Part shown: piece after piece, positions 1 to 15,897 of the stretch
Position numbering within the stretch: the stretch's first letter is position 1
Layout of the letters: each line of letters begins with the position of its first letter
Notes under the pieces: model-generated
Told to the model about the DNA's origin: nothing
What the model saw: only the letters and a program-made list of their open reading frames with translations
The model's database searches: none
Made by a program: the position numbers and the translations under genes
Source: the human T2T-CHM13v2.0 reference genome, Homo sapiens
Reading direction: 5' to 3' (one strand)
DNA length: 64,000 nucleotides
Assembly (NCBI RefSeq): GCF_009914755.1
Contig: NC_060933.1

Positions 1-2532
1 AAAGTCTAGATTTAATAGCCCGTGTCATAAACAGACAGCATACCAGTGTTGTCTTTACTAAAATTCTGATTAAAATATCCAAAAAGATTTTTAGCACTCC
101 AATCAACCATTTTGTGATATGGATCATTTAGCAGAGGTTATGTATCAGCTCAGTTCCCATTTAGGTCAATAGATTGCTTTTGTTCTGATAGATTCACGTG
201 CAAGGCTCACCCTACAGGCTAGATGAGAAAGGGCAGCAGCTGTCTTCTGCTTGCTCAATCCTAGCTAAGGCAGATAACTACAGCCTGAAACTCTAGCTGT
301 TTTGCAAGTAGATGTGGTTTGTAACAGGGTTAGTGGCCCAGAGAGGGCCCCACAAATTCTCCAGTGTTATTAGAAAACATTATTGTGAAATGATTCTGTA
401 TGACTAATAAGAGTATTTCTATTTACCGAATGTTGAACTCTTTGAAATGAAAGCCTCCACGGAGCTTATCTAAAACCATTATGAGTTTCATAGAGTGATG
501 TAAGAACTTTTGTTTTCCAGAAAATAAACACCATATGAACAAATACAGCAACAAATATCACAACTCTATCCTATATCAAACAAACATATCACATCAGTTC
601 TCTAACTTACTGAAAACAAGAGACCTCACAGGAGCCTACATTCAGAAAGATTTTCTGTATAGTCTGACAAGAAGTGTTTCCCTAAACGTGATAATCAGGT
701 TTAGGGAAAAGTGCTGCTGGATAGCTGAGCTCAAGATTAAATGGATCAGGATCAGACAAAAATTTCAAAATGATTTTTTTCTGTTCTATTTGATATTCTC
801 TCTTAAAATATCAGACTTAAGAACAAATATATTACAAATGTACTATTTTTAAGGGACAGATAGACAAGTGATAATCACGGGTTATCTGTTTGCTTCCAAA
901 CATACAGATACACAAAAACACACATAAAGTGAAATAAAGTTCTTACTCCATTTTTACTATTTTTTTCAACAAATATAAGATCAGAGTTACGACTTTTTTC
1001 TTCTTTATAAAATAAGACTCCTAGAAATGTTTTTTATATTTGTACCTTGCTCAAACACAAAATAAATTAGCATTGTGCCTACCTTTTGAAAAAAAATAAG
1101 CAAGAGTATAGACATAGAGTATACTTTAAAATCTTAATTATGCTGTCATCATTAAATAAAAATTATTACATAACACCTGAAAAGGCAGTGATAGTAGTTG
1201 AGCTTATATTTGGAAAATGAATCAAAAAACAAAAAAAAATTTCTGTGAGAAGAAACATGAGAAACTCAAACATTTATAAATATGTGCAGTTGAATGAGCT
1301 GTATGAACTGCTTTAAAGAAAACACTCCTTAACATTGGACAGAATATATTTTAAAAGTAATTTATTTCATGCATTTATTATTTATTTGCTGCACTTTAAA
1401 ACATACGTTTAAAATGAAAATTTGGCTATGAAGTTTTCTGTTTGTTTGGTTAACTTCTTTTTGGAAATGGGAATCCCCTGTAGAAGACAGAATTTATGTC
1501 ACATAAGTATTAGCAACCCATTATGTGTTGTAGTATCATGTAGTGCCTATGGTATAATCTGTCCTGAGGAAATCTGTTGGTCAAGATAGCTATGCATAGT
1601 TAGAGATGAGGGATCAAATTAGAAAATCAGAGTAGTGCTTCCTTTCTCTTCTTCCTTTTAGGCTGCTATAGCAATAATCAGTCCAGGGTGAGCTCCCACT
1701 TATGGAGAAGGCCAAGTCAGCCTTGTGCTCTTATCTGTAAGTTCATCTTGTCAACCACTAAATAGCACAAGAGTGATATGGTGTAGTTTCGAAGGTGGAA
1801 GAGAAACTGTATATGTCTATATAGCCCAGTTCAGGAGAAACCTCTGCTTTGGAATTTTATTTCAGGAGAAAATTAAATATATATAAAATCTGTTACTTGG
1901 CTTTCTATGACATCATGACGCTATCTGTTGTGCCTGTTTCTTAACAGAGACATCACAGGGACATTTCATGGGCTCAAACAAGAACACATTAAAGTAAAAT
2001 CAAATACAGTCATTTTTTGCTTAATATTAGTAAATATTATTAAACTAATAATTGTTAATATTAACAATTAATATTAATAATAAATAATTTAGTACACTGC
2101 TTATAGAAATTAAATATTCTGCCAGAAATCACTAACTTGGAGCTTATTATTATGCTAGGGAGGAACAACTTGATATTGCATTATACTACTACTACAAAAC
2201 TCTAACCAACTTCCCCAAGCAGAACCAAAACAAAGTAAACTGCCTGTATAAAGGAACCACCTCACAACTAAACAGTAAACGATTAAAACATCACTTTCTG
2301 ATTATCAAGCAATATGGTAAAAAACAGACTTTTACATCTTTTTTATGCAGTAATAAGCAATTTGTATGTCATATTTATAATTTAGCATGCTGAGAAAAAA
2401 TAGCAAATAAATTTGATTTAAAAATGCAAATATTTTACAATAAAATACAGGCATTCTACTTGTCTAAGTTTCTTGCTTCATGAAAGAAAGTTAGAAATCT
2501 AATCAAGGAGACTGAAGTACATTTTTTTCTAC

Positions 2533-2629
2533 TTTTTTTTTTTTTTTTTGTAGAGAGGAGATCTCCCTACGTTGCCCGGTGATCCTCCTGAAGCACTGGG
2601 ATTACAGGAGTAAACCACCACACCTGGCC
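2533..2629 (-). mobile_element. Alu left monomer (FLAM-like) with two internal deletions
   Basis: Poly-T, then GTAGAGA...GTTGCCC..GTGATCCTCCTG..CTGGGATTACAGG...CCACCACACCTGGCC; ATTTTTTCT-like flanks on both sides (probable TSD). Confidence 0.8.
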
Positions 2630-3149
2630 TATTTTTTCTGTAATTTATCATGTTGTGGCATGTATCAGATCCTTTTGGTGTATTTGTTCCTTTTAATTAT
2701 GGAATATAACTGCATTCTATGATTGTATTACAACTTGTTCATTCATTCTCTTGTTGATAAACATATGAAAGTTTCCAATGTTTGCTATAATAAATAGAGT
2801 GGAATATTCATTTTGTACAAGTTGTTTTGTGTTTTTATATCTTTTGTGTAAATACCAGGAGTATAACTGCTGAATCATAAGGTAAGTATAAATTTAATTT
2901 TATAAGAAACTGCAAAATGGTTTTCCACAGAAGTTGTACCTTTATATACTCTCACCAGCAACATATGAAGGTTGTTTATATAATCCCAACAGTTATTTCC
3001 CATTCCCTCTAATATTTGATTTATTAGTCTTTTTACTGTTAGCACTTGTAGTTAGTGAGTCGTGGTATCTCACTGTGGTTTAATGTGCATTTCACTGAGT
3101 GATAATTTTGAGAATATTTCGATGTGTTTATTGTATATTTGTTTAATCT

Positions 3150-3445
<296 letters not shown>

Positions 3446-3491
3446 TTATTTCTTTAATCTTTTTAATGAAGTGCCCATATAAGCCTTTGGA

Positions 3492-3588
3492 ATATATATG
3501 TGTGTGTGTGTATATATATATATGTGTGTGTATATATATGTATATATATGTGTGTGTGTGTATATATACGTATATATATGTGTGTGTG

Positions 3589-3622
<34 letters not shown>
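3492..3622. repeat. Compound (TA)n/(TG)n microsatellite
   Basis: About 130 bp of alternating purine-pyrimidine sequence directly visible. Confidence 0.98.
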
Positions 3623-3640
<18 letters not shown>

Positions 3641-3917
3641 TTTTTTTTGAGAAGGAGTCTTGCTCCCTCACCCAGTCTGGAGGGCAGTGGCACGATTTTG
3701 GCTCACTGAAAGCTCTGCCTCCCAGGTTCAAGCAATTATCCTACCTCAGCCTCCCAAGTAGCTGGGATTACAGGTATGCACCACCACGCCCAGCTAATTT
3801 TTGTATTTTTAGTAGAGACTGGGTTTTGCCAGTTCTCAAACTCCTGACCTCAGGTGATCCGCCTGCCTCTGCCTCCCAAAGTGCCAGGATCACAGGCGTG
3901 AGCCACCGCACCTGGCA
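3623..3917 (-). mobile_element. Alu (AluS), small deletion in left arm
   Basis: Long T run followed by dimeric Alu; part of the TGTTGGCCAGGCTGG stretch is missing near 3830. Confidence 0.95.
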
Positions 3918-4289
3918 GCCTTGGTAATAATTTTATTGAGTTGTTGTCCTTTTAGTTATTGACTAATAAGTTCTTTGGATAATGTAAGTATTACTCCTTT
4001 GATAAATATATGTACTTAGAATCTGATTATGCAGTCTGTAGTTTGCTTTTTGTCTTCTGTGTCTTTTGATGAGTAAAATTTTTTAATTGTGATGAATTTC
4101 AGTTTACTGCTTTTTGCATTCTAAGAAACCTTAATCCTCATTCAGGTTACAATGATAATCTACTATGTTTTTTCTTTGAACTTTCTAAATTTAGCTTTTG
4201 TGATCTATCTTGAGTCAACGTTTTGAATTGTTATTTTGTGTATGGTGTGAGGTATGAATCAGGGTTTATTCTTCTTACAAAGTGTTTGA

Positions 4290-4612
4290 ATACTAGAACT
4301 TGTTCTTTCTTTTTCACTGTATATTTGTGTGTACCTATTAATCCTCCCTTCATCCCCTGCCCATCCTTTCCAGCCTCTGATAACCCTCTCTACCTCCATG
4401 TTTGATATTTCACTAGGGTGATTAACAATAATTTATCATATACATCGAAATAGGTAGAAGAAAAAATTTGAAGTGTTCCCAACACAAATAATGAATGTTT
4501 GAGGTGATGGATATCCTAAATATTGTGATTTGATCATTAAACATTGTATGCATGTATCAAAATATCATATGTATCCCATACATATGTGCAATTATCATGT
4601 AGCAGTTTAAAA
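4290..4612 (+). mobile_element. Short L1MA-type 3' end with 5' inversion
   Basis: 4290-~4400 is antisense L1MA 3'UTR; ~4400-4612 is the sense 3' terminus; AAAGTGTTTGA at 4279-4289 and 4611-4621. Confidence 0.8.
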
Positions 4613-6737
4613 AGTGTTTGAGCCAGGACGAGATGGGGGCAAGACACTGCCTTTGGATTAAGAGGCTCTATGCTTCACAAATACTTGAGACTGCAGGGGC
4701 TCTGCCTTTCAGTAACACTTTCACTTCTTTTTACTTCATGCAATTAAAGGATAATATGGGTAAAGAACAACTGATATATTAAGCAGAATTTGTTGCATTT
4801 ATACCTTTGAGACATTGATCTCTCCCACTTGCCTCTATTTTTAGTGATAGTTCAGCCAGCCCTTCTTTATTCAAACAAGACCTTCTCAGACCTAGACCCA
4901 GTGTTTGCCCCCAGAGACTAAATCAGCTCATTGCTTGGCTATGAAAGGCTCCTTTCTTGGAAATTACAGTTAAGAAAATGGGAAGAGTTAAAAGTAACAT
5001 AGTTGTGAACCTGAGGCAGAAAGGCAAGGAAAGATACAGTTCAGTTAAAGCAAGAAAACAGGTAGTTAAGGAAGGAAATTTTTAATAAAGAGTATATTAC
5101 AGTTGTATGGTTTTGGTTATGATACAGTAAAAAAGAGAAACATGACAATTCAAAAGAAAGAAGAAATTTATAAGAATGAACTAGACTAGAGTATGAGAGG
5201 GGAAATGAGATTTATAGCACAATCCATTTGGTTTGGATTTCAATAGGAAAAAGATGTTTTTCATTAGAAAAGGGGGGTAGGTGGTAATGTAATTACATAT
5301 GTAGGTAAATTTGTTTATTTAGTAGTAGAAATATGAAATAGTTCCTCTGGATTGCATTTATTTTACTAGTAAAATATTTCATCAGCTGATGAAAGAAAGA
5401 TGTGTTTTTGTTTGAAAAAGTTTGAGAAGTCATGTCAAAAAACTCATATATTAAGGAAAAATGAAGTCTGTGAGAATTGTGAGTAATGATTTCCAAAAAG
5501 TGATTATTCAAGACAAATGGCTGCATTTTAATAAAAATCATGAAGTTTGTTGTGTCTTCATTGCCCTAATCCCCTCCAAATCTTCCTTCCTACCCCCACT
5601 AGATAACCTTGAAAACTAATCCAAAACTCATCCAAAGTCAGGATGAAAACCAATATTCAAACAGCCACTGCAGTGGGCAGAGTAGATTTAATTCTCCTCC
5701 AAAATCTGAGTCCTAGATAATTGTTACTATTTGATTCATTTCACATTTCCCTGGAAAATCTTGTTTGCAAGATTTAACTTTATTTGACCAGACTCAGACC
5801 TCACACATTACAGTCTTTTTTCTTCCTTGTGGGATTGGAGGAGGGGTGCTCAGATTAAATTACCTTTGTATGAAGAAAAATCTACCCCTTCTTCATGGCA
5901 GGTAACACCCTATACCAAAGTGTGCTGACTTGGTAATGATATGGTAATACCATTCACGAAGGAAGAAAATACAAGAGGAAATATTTGTGTGGCCAAAGTT
6001 TTTTAGCTCAGTTCCAAAATACTAAATTTTCTATACCTGTGTGGCCACCAAAGAAAAAGAAAAATCAGGGGAAAACACTATCACAAAACAAAAGAAGGTG
6101 GCAGTTTTTGAAATAAAAGAGCCATCTCCATATCTAAAGCTGCAGAGATCAAGTAAGCCAAGAACTGCTGGGCACCTACTTATTTTAGCAATTCAGAGAT
6201 CACTGACAACCTTGTCAAAATCATTTCCTCCTGATCAGAGGGAGAGCTCATCTTCCATGGTTTGAAGGGTAAAAATGGTGTTCTCATAAAAAGAGTAGTT
6301 TTTTTCTTTCAAAAGAGATTATTAGACCCAATGCTTTTATTTTACATGTCGAAGCTGACACTCAAAAGCAACCCTGGGTAGTTTGCTCAAGAGCAAATAT
6401 CCATGTCAGAGATTCTGATTCCCGTTGCAATGACCCATGAACATTATGCATTCAAGCAATTAGAATTTCATTTAATTAATTATGCTGTATTTAATTGTGT
6501 TGACTATTTAAGGTATTCATAGTTACATTAGTTTGTCAGTTCGAACAAAACAAAATGATGAAGTGTAGACATACTTTAATAATACTCTATCCCATATGTT
6601 AACACAAACACTTGAACTAACAGCAAAATCATCTCCAGTAGACATTATATGAATTTCATTTACTATAAGGAACAATGTTTCATTTACAATTACAAGTCCA
6701 TTGCATCAACTGATGTTATATTTAAATATTATAGGAG

Positions 6738-6880
6738 AGCCAGCCACGGTAACATGAGCCTGTAATCTCAGCTACTTGGGAGGCTGAGGTAGGAGTATCA
6801 GGTGAGCCCAGGAGTTCACGTCCAGCCTGGGCAACACAGGGAGACCGTATTTCAAAAAAAAAAAAAACACTAAAAATAAA
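6738..6880 (+). mobile_element. FLAM_A-like Alu monomer
   Basis: GCCTGTAATCTCAGCTACTTGGGAGGCTGAGG...CCAGGAGTTC...CCAGCCTGGGCAACA followed by an A tail. Confidence 0.85.
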
Positions 6881-8944
6881 TGGGCGATCACACAACATTT
6901 TAAAGTTTTTATTTTTCTTAATATTCCTTAGAGTCATATGAAACCAAAACATCTGTAGATTTATTTATACTTCCTAGATATGAATAAGCCTACTAATGGG
7001 ACATGGGCTGGTCAAACTTGCAATACGACACTGTGACAAAAGATACTGTCCTGCTTATTTCATAATAGTCTAAATAATAAAGATTCATAATCTTCATATT
7101 TTAAATTTTTACCTTATTTTTCCTTTGAAAATAGATCATATGACTTCCACTTTATTATATTAATTTCTTTTAAAAATAATGATATGATAAATGCAGGGGC
7201 TAGAATTTTTATAGTTTTGCAAACTATTTGACCTTCTGAGTATGTGTGTACATGTGTGTATGCCTGTGGTTTTTAAAATATATCTTAAGTCCTGATACAA
7301 CCTCTTATTTAATAGCAATAGCTTTAAACACATGATAGTAGTTGAGGATAAAGAAGTTGCTTCCAAGTAATATATCTACAATTTAAATATCAAATTTATA
7401 AATATTATTCAATGTAAATATACCAAAGCAAAGTCTCCTTAGATCTGTTCTTACCCCATCAGTAGGGACTGTTTCTTGGAAAGAATTTGGTAAAACTTAC
7501 TGTAATACCCCATATGCCTTCACTACAGAAGAGTCTTATCCCTGCAGAATGATACAAAATTTTGAAGCTTTATCCTTCAAAAGAATTAGGTGTGAACATT
7601 TAAATGCACTGCTACCATCATTTAAATTTAATATTCAGATCCTAAATGGACAATTATACTTTTGACCAAGTGATTAAATTTCCTTTCAGTTTCTCTTTGA
7701 TGGAAATTTTATTAACTGTCCTCATAGACTCCAAGTTCTATTCTGTAAAATAACTCAGTATCTTTTCTCAACTACTTTTTTAAAATTCCGGTTAGACAGA
7801 AATACATTAAGATATAATTGGGCATTGGAAAATTGGTGCTTTTATTCTAGTTTTTTTGACCTAAAATCAGACATTTAAACCAAATGATTAATATTTAAAA
7901 TGTGAGAAAGATTGAATCTTTGGAATTAAACTAGATTTTAGGTATATCATTTGCATAATGTTCTTTGCCTAAGTCATTATGAATCATTTTTTAATATATT
8001 TGAAAACTTAGAGTGTATAGCACAATTATGAGCACCTGAAACTGTCTCATTGCAAGAGGAAAATACATTTTTCCACACTTTACTGACATATTAAATGTTA
8101 TCCCTACAGAGGTGTTGAAATTTGAAACATGTATGAATTTGCAACAGGTAGGGATATTTTGGCAGGAGCACTGTGGTATGCTTCGCAAAGACCCTATGTC
8201 TCAGACCCTGAGGCATTTTATATATTTATTTTTTCCTCATTCAACAAATGTTTAAAATTATCATTACCTTTTTTCAGATAAACAAATGGTTTTATTTACC
8301 TGCATGAAAATCTGATGGGGCATTTGAGAGTCACGCTGAGTATGAACCAAATATTCCTAGTCTAGCACTTCCGTGTGCATTATGAGACATCATGCAGCAC
8401 ACATCAATAGTACTTCAAATCATTGGCACAGGCAAACATGCTCATAAAAGTTGCCAAAATTCCTCCTGTCCAATCTTTATTATGACATTCTATTACTATA
8501 TAGCAATGAAAAAGGCTTCGGCTAAGTGAAGTCGCACTGTTATCTCTCCAAATCTACTAGAATGAATTAGTATAATTACTTTCTTTGTGCCCAGTGTTGT
8601 GTTAGGCTCTGGGATGGAAGGAGAAATGGTCACCAGTTATACAAAGATCTGTAAGACAGAATTCAAGATGATGAAAGAGAGAGAGAAGCCACTGCTTTAG
8701 GGATTAAACAAGAGTACGGGCCTGTAGTAAAAATGAAAATTCCTTCGCATTCTACTCTCTTCATTTCTACCACAGTCAGAGCAGCATCAAAAGTAATCAA
8801 AAACCTTAACATAGTATAATATATGTATTTTTTTTCTGTAAGAAAGGCTATATATAAAAATATGTAGATATATTTGCTGCACTTGCCCAAAGAAACACTG
8901 GAAGCATCATAAAACCATACAAATATAAAAAAATGGTTATTTCT

Positions 8945-11419
<2,475 letters not shown>

Positions 11420-12529
11420 TTATATTATTTCAAAAAATAGTAATTTGTAAGTACACATAAAGGAAAGCACGTTGAGACCTTGATGAAATGGCAAGTGTGC
11501 TGGCAGTTACTCAGAAATGAAATCTATTGTTTCTATTATAATATGTGTTAATATATACCCTATAGCTATCCAACCTCTGGGTGGTGTTGTCTGGGAAGCA
11601 ATCATAGCTACCATTTATTCAGAGCAATTTCTATGCCAGAACACACAGTAGTGTTTTATGTAAGGCATTCAGCAAGTTTTAAGTGTTTTTATTATCTCTT
11701 TTTTTTTCCTTCAGATTCACACTGAAACAATGACTTTCTTCCCCTAAGAAACATTTCCTGGGACCCTGAGTACTTTTATCAGTCAACACCTCTGAACAGC
11801 TGGCTCCCAACTCATGACTTCCAGGAGATAAAATCAACTGAATATTCTTCCACAGACAAGGCTGATTTTTTTAATCCTCTAAACACAACCCTACACCCAC
11901 CCATCCTAATCCCCCAAAAGAAAGTGAAACTCACAGGGATAAAGACTCTCTCTGCTGGAACATAGGCCCAAATTTGGGGTTCAGCAAAGTGCCCTAGTCC
12001 CCACTTTGCTTTCATGTCAGATACGGGATGGGGGATTGGTGTCTTCTTTTGTTTTCTTGTTGACGCTGGTCTGATGTGTTTTTCCTTTCTACCTATCTAA
12101 CACTCCTTTAACCCATGTTGTGTAATGTTGTAGACTCTGGTTCTAATCTAAAAGTGTGGCAGGTAGGGAACAAGATGAACCTACCTCAAATGATACTCAT
12201 AAGTCAATGTGTACTAGCCTTGTTTCATACCTGAGCAACAGTCTTTGCTGGGTTGACCAGCACTGACAGGGTGGGTCCATAACTGAGTCTCCATGTCTGA
12301 CCCAGCCAGGAAGTGTTGAATGGGCTCTGCAGAGTAGATGCTTACAGTCTCTGTGCCCTTTTAACCTTCTACCTTTAAGAACTATGTAATATTAATACTT
12401 ACCTTACTAAAACTTCAGTTATTGGCATTAAAGCGTTGCAACATAGTTCATTGTAGGTCAGGATGAAAGAGATGTGGCCACCTTAAATCCAGGTCTGCTA
12501 TAGTGATAAATACAATGTAATGGACATCT

Positions 12530-12730
12530 TCCAAATGCCAGATTCTATGTTAAATCTTTTACAAATTTTATTTATAACTGTCACCACTACTGTAAAATAT
12601 CATTACTTCTTTTTACAGATGAGGAAAACAAATCTTTCTCGCTGCTTCCCCCAAGTGACCCGTTAGTTACCAACTGGTAGAACAAGAAATCAATTCACAG
12701 TGTGCCAGATTTCAAAGCCTATGTTTTTTT
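12530..12730 (-). mobile_element. MIR SINE
   Basis: MIR core TTTTACAGATGAGGAAA with diverged flanks. Confidence 0.65.
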
Positions 12731-13845
12731 GCTATAATCTCAGGCTGTTATTTATTTAGAAGAGGAAGAAATCCAAAAAAGGGTTACTAAACAGCAGATC
12801 TGGAATCAGTCATAGGGAAGAGCAGCCAATGAAACTACTCTGAGTATCACTTGAAATGCAAGCTAAAAAAACACTGATTTCATAAAACAGTGCTTATCTC
12901 ATAAATTCTGAATCTCAGTAGGCAGGCTAATAATCTCCAAAAGACTTGCAGAAGCAACATGCTGAGAATGCCACATTGAATGAAGGTTCTGATCAGTTAA
13001 TATGAGTCCCAGAGGAAGTCAAACTGCACTGTGCAGGTTCTATAGTAAAAATAATAATCATTTGAGTTATAAATACAGTGTTTCATTTGGGAAAGGGACA
13101 GTGAGATATGATAAACATCTTTAAAATTTTAAAGTAGTGTGTGGGGAAGAGGCTATGGATGTTCTATTTTATTCCAGAACAGCATTTGCTTACTGAAGTG
13201 GCTCAGTGCTAGAATCGTGTGAAGAGTTCTTTAAAACTTCCCACACCTAGGCCCAATCCTAAAAGTTGTATTTAAATGGTTTGGGGTACAGTTCCAGCTT
13301 TTGAAAAGTGGTCTAACTTGAAGCCAGACTCATAGCCAGTGTACTAGAGAGAAGAGAGAGAACAACAGTTAATAGTAACAATGAGGTAGGCTTCAAGAAT
13401 CCCAAGATTGAAGTCAAGTAATAATTTTGAAAAGCTAACAAAGGCACATGAATAAACATATGAATGTGGCATACTCCTTCACAGTCCTTATTCACACAAA
13501 ACTTATACACAGAGTATCTTTATATGGAATTTTAATATAATGTATACTATAACAAGAATTGTGCTACTTTGTTCAATGGATATAACAAGATCCAATAAAC
13601 TAAGAAGAAACCCTAAGTATATTTACATTTAAGTTTGAAAGATCATAGGACAGTTAAGCTGGAATAATAATATTAGTATAAGGCTTAAAATATGAAACAT
13701 TAAAATTATGTAATCGATCCAGCAATGCCAAAGAGTACCTCAAAAAGCAAGGTGCTTTCTGCCAGTGAAAATAATAAAAAATGTAGAACCTTTTGTCATA
13801 TATGTAAGAGATCCCTGCATTGGGTGAGAAATCAGACTATACCAC

Positions 13846-14313
13846 TGTATCAGTCAGGATTTTTCAGAGGGAAAAGAATCAGCAGGAGAAGGATCTCTAG
13901 ATATAAAATGACAGATAAGTAGAGATAGATAGAGATAGATAGATAGTAGAGAGAGAGAGAGAGAGAGAGAGATACATAGAGATCTGTTTTAAGTAACTGT
14001 AATTGGCTTACGCAATTGTGGAGACTAGCAAGTCTGAAATCTGCCAACAGGCGGCAGGTAGAATCTGGAGGTACAGTCTTCAAGCAAAATTTCTTCTTCT
14101 TCAGGAAACACCAATGTTGTTCTTAAGGGCTTTGAACTGGTTGGATGAGGCCCACCTACATTATTGAGGATAATCCCCTTTACTTAATGTCAACTGATTG
14201 TATATATTAACCACATCTATAAAATACCATCACAGTAACACCTAGATAGGTGTTTGATTGTATAACTGAGCATTTTAATCTTGCCAAATTGACACACAAA
14301 ACTACCCATGATA
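13846..14313 (-). mobile_element. ERVL solo LTR (MLT2, C/D-like) with internal (GATA)n/(GA)n
   Basis: TGTATCAGTCAGGAT start; GATGAGGCCCACC; CCAAATTGACACACAAAACTACCCAT end (reverse of the MLT2 5' end). Confidence 0.85.
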
Positions 14314-15066
14314 GCAACCTATAATTCTCTTTTCAATTGTAGGATTTTATTATTCCAAGTAGAAAATAGATAAGTGATGGGGGGACTCTCCTTTACACTT
14401 GTAAATAGTCTGTTCAGATATAGTAGTTACAGCTGTCATGCTCACTACCTACTACCACATTCTACATGATTATCATCCTTTCCTATTATCACTGTATATC
14501 TTAATACCTTTTACAATCTCAAGACCTTTTATATACTTGACAAAAGGTCAAAGTCTAGGTCTGTCCAAACACTACGCTGTCCATTACTTTTTAACTTCCC
14601 TCTGATATTGCCAATGCTAGCGTATATAGGAAACAATAGTCAATTTGTAAATAAAATACCAAATCATTTTAGAATCAAATTGTCATTATGCCAATACAGT
14701 ATTCTGTTAAAAGTAGGTTTCAATGCCTTACAGCAGATATTTAAGTAGAATTTCCTACATCTTTCTAAACCCTACACTGCAAATTGAATCTTGGATTCTT
14801 ACGCCCCTTTGGCTGTCTGCACAGAATAAGACCTTGAAACACAGACCAGCAATTGAAACTTGAGTGTGTTGTGACAACTGGTAAAGTCTGCAGTGGGAAA
14901 GACTTGAGTTGAGTTAGTTACCCAAGGCATATGTGGGAGAAAGTGAAAGACAGTAAGCTTGGTATGAGTTTATGACACTTTTTTTTCTAACAGACACAAC
15001 CTATGAGTCTGGCTCAGGAAGGAAATGAATTTCTGCTTGTCCATATTAGTAATTTTCCTTCCTAAC

Positions 15067-15897
15067 TGTGATGGTCAATAGAAGAGGGCACAGAATGCCC
15101 AGATAGCTGGTAAAACATTATTTCTAGGTGTGTCTGTGAGTGTGTTTCTGGAAGAGTGTATCTGGAAGAGACTGGATTAGCATTTGCATTGGTATACTGA
15201 GTAATGAAGACCATGACACCAATGTGGGTGGACATCATCTAATCCACTGAGGGCTCTAATGGAGCAGAAAGGCACAGGAAGAGCAAATGTTTGAGTTTGG
15301 ACATCATCTTTTTATGCCCTCAGACACTGGTACCCTTGGCCTCAGACACTGGACGTTCTTCAGACCTACACTGAGACTTACACCATTAGCTTCCTTGTAT
15401 CCCTAGCCATCAGATTTGAACTGAATTATATCACTGGCTTTACTGGTTAGGCCAGTTTGCAGATGGAAGATTGTGAGAATTGGCTACCAAAATCAAATCA
15501 ACCAATTCCTATAGTAAATATCTTCCTCTCTCTCTGTTGTGTATATATGTGGTGACTGTTAAGAGGTTATTAGGCCATGAGGGCTTGGCTTTCATGAATG
15601 TATTGAAGCTGTTTTCATGAGAGTAGGTTTGTTGTCTCTGAAGAGAGTTCCTTAGAAAGGGGCAAGTTCCTCTCTCCACTCTGCCCTTCTGCCCTCCACC
15701 ATGGGATGATGCAGCAAGAAAGCCCTTGCCAGATTCTTGCCCCTTGATCATGGACTTCCCAGTCTCCAAAACCATGAGCCAATGAATGTCTATTCATTAT
15801 AAATTACCCAATATGTGGTATTTTATTATAGCAGCACAAAGCAGACTAAGACACCATCCTATTGGTTCTGTTTCTCTGAATAACCCTGATTAATACA
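15067..15897 (+). mobile_element. ERVL solo LTR (MLT2B-like) interrupted by a MaLR LTR
   Basis: TGTGATGG start, CCCAGATAGCTGGTAAAACATTATTTCT, TCCTATTGGTTCTGTTTCTCT...AACCCTGATTAATACA end; flanks CTAAC/GTAAC. Confidence 0.88.
15549..15853 (+). mobile_element. MaLR LTR (MST/MLT1A-like), 5'-partial, nested in MLT2
   Basis: GGCCATGAGGGC, GGACTTCCCAGTCTCCAAAACCATGAG, ATAAATTACCCA...GACTAAGACA end. Confidence 0.85.

Noticed and set aside
331-352. CTCF-like TGGCCCAGAGAGGGCCCC
   Set aside because: Several mismatches at core positions
535-852. 105-aa ORF and other 60-120 aa ORFs in unique AT-rich DNA
   Set aside because: No recognisable domain, composition typical of random AT-rich frames, no supporting exon or promoter structure
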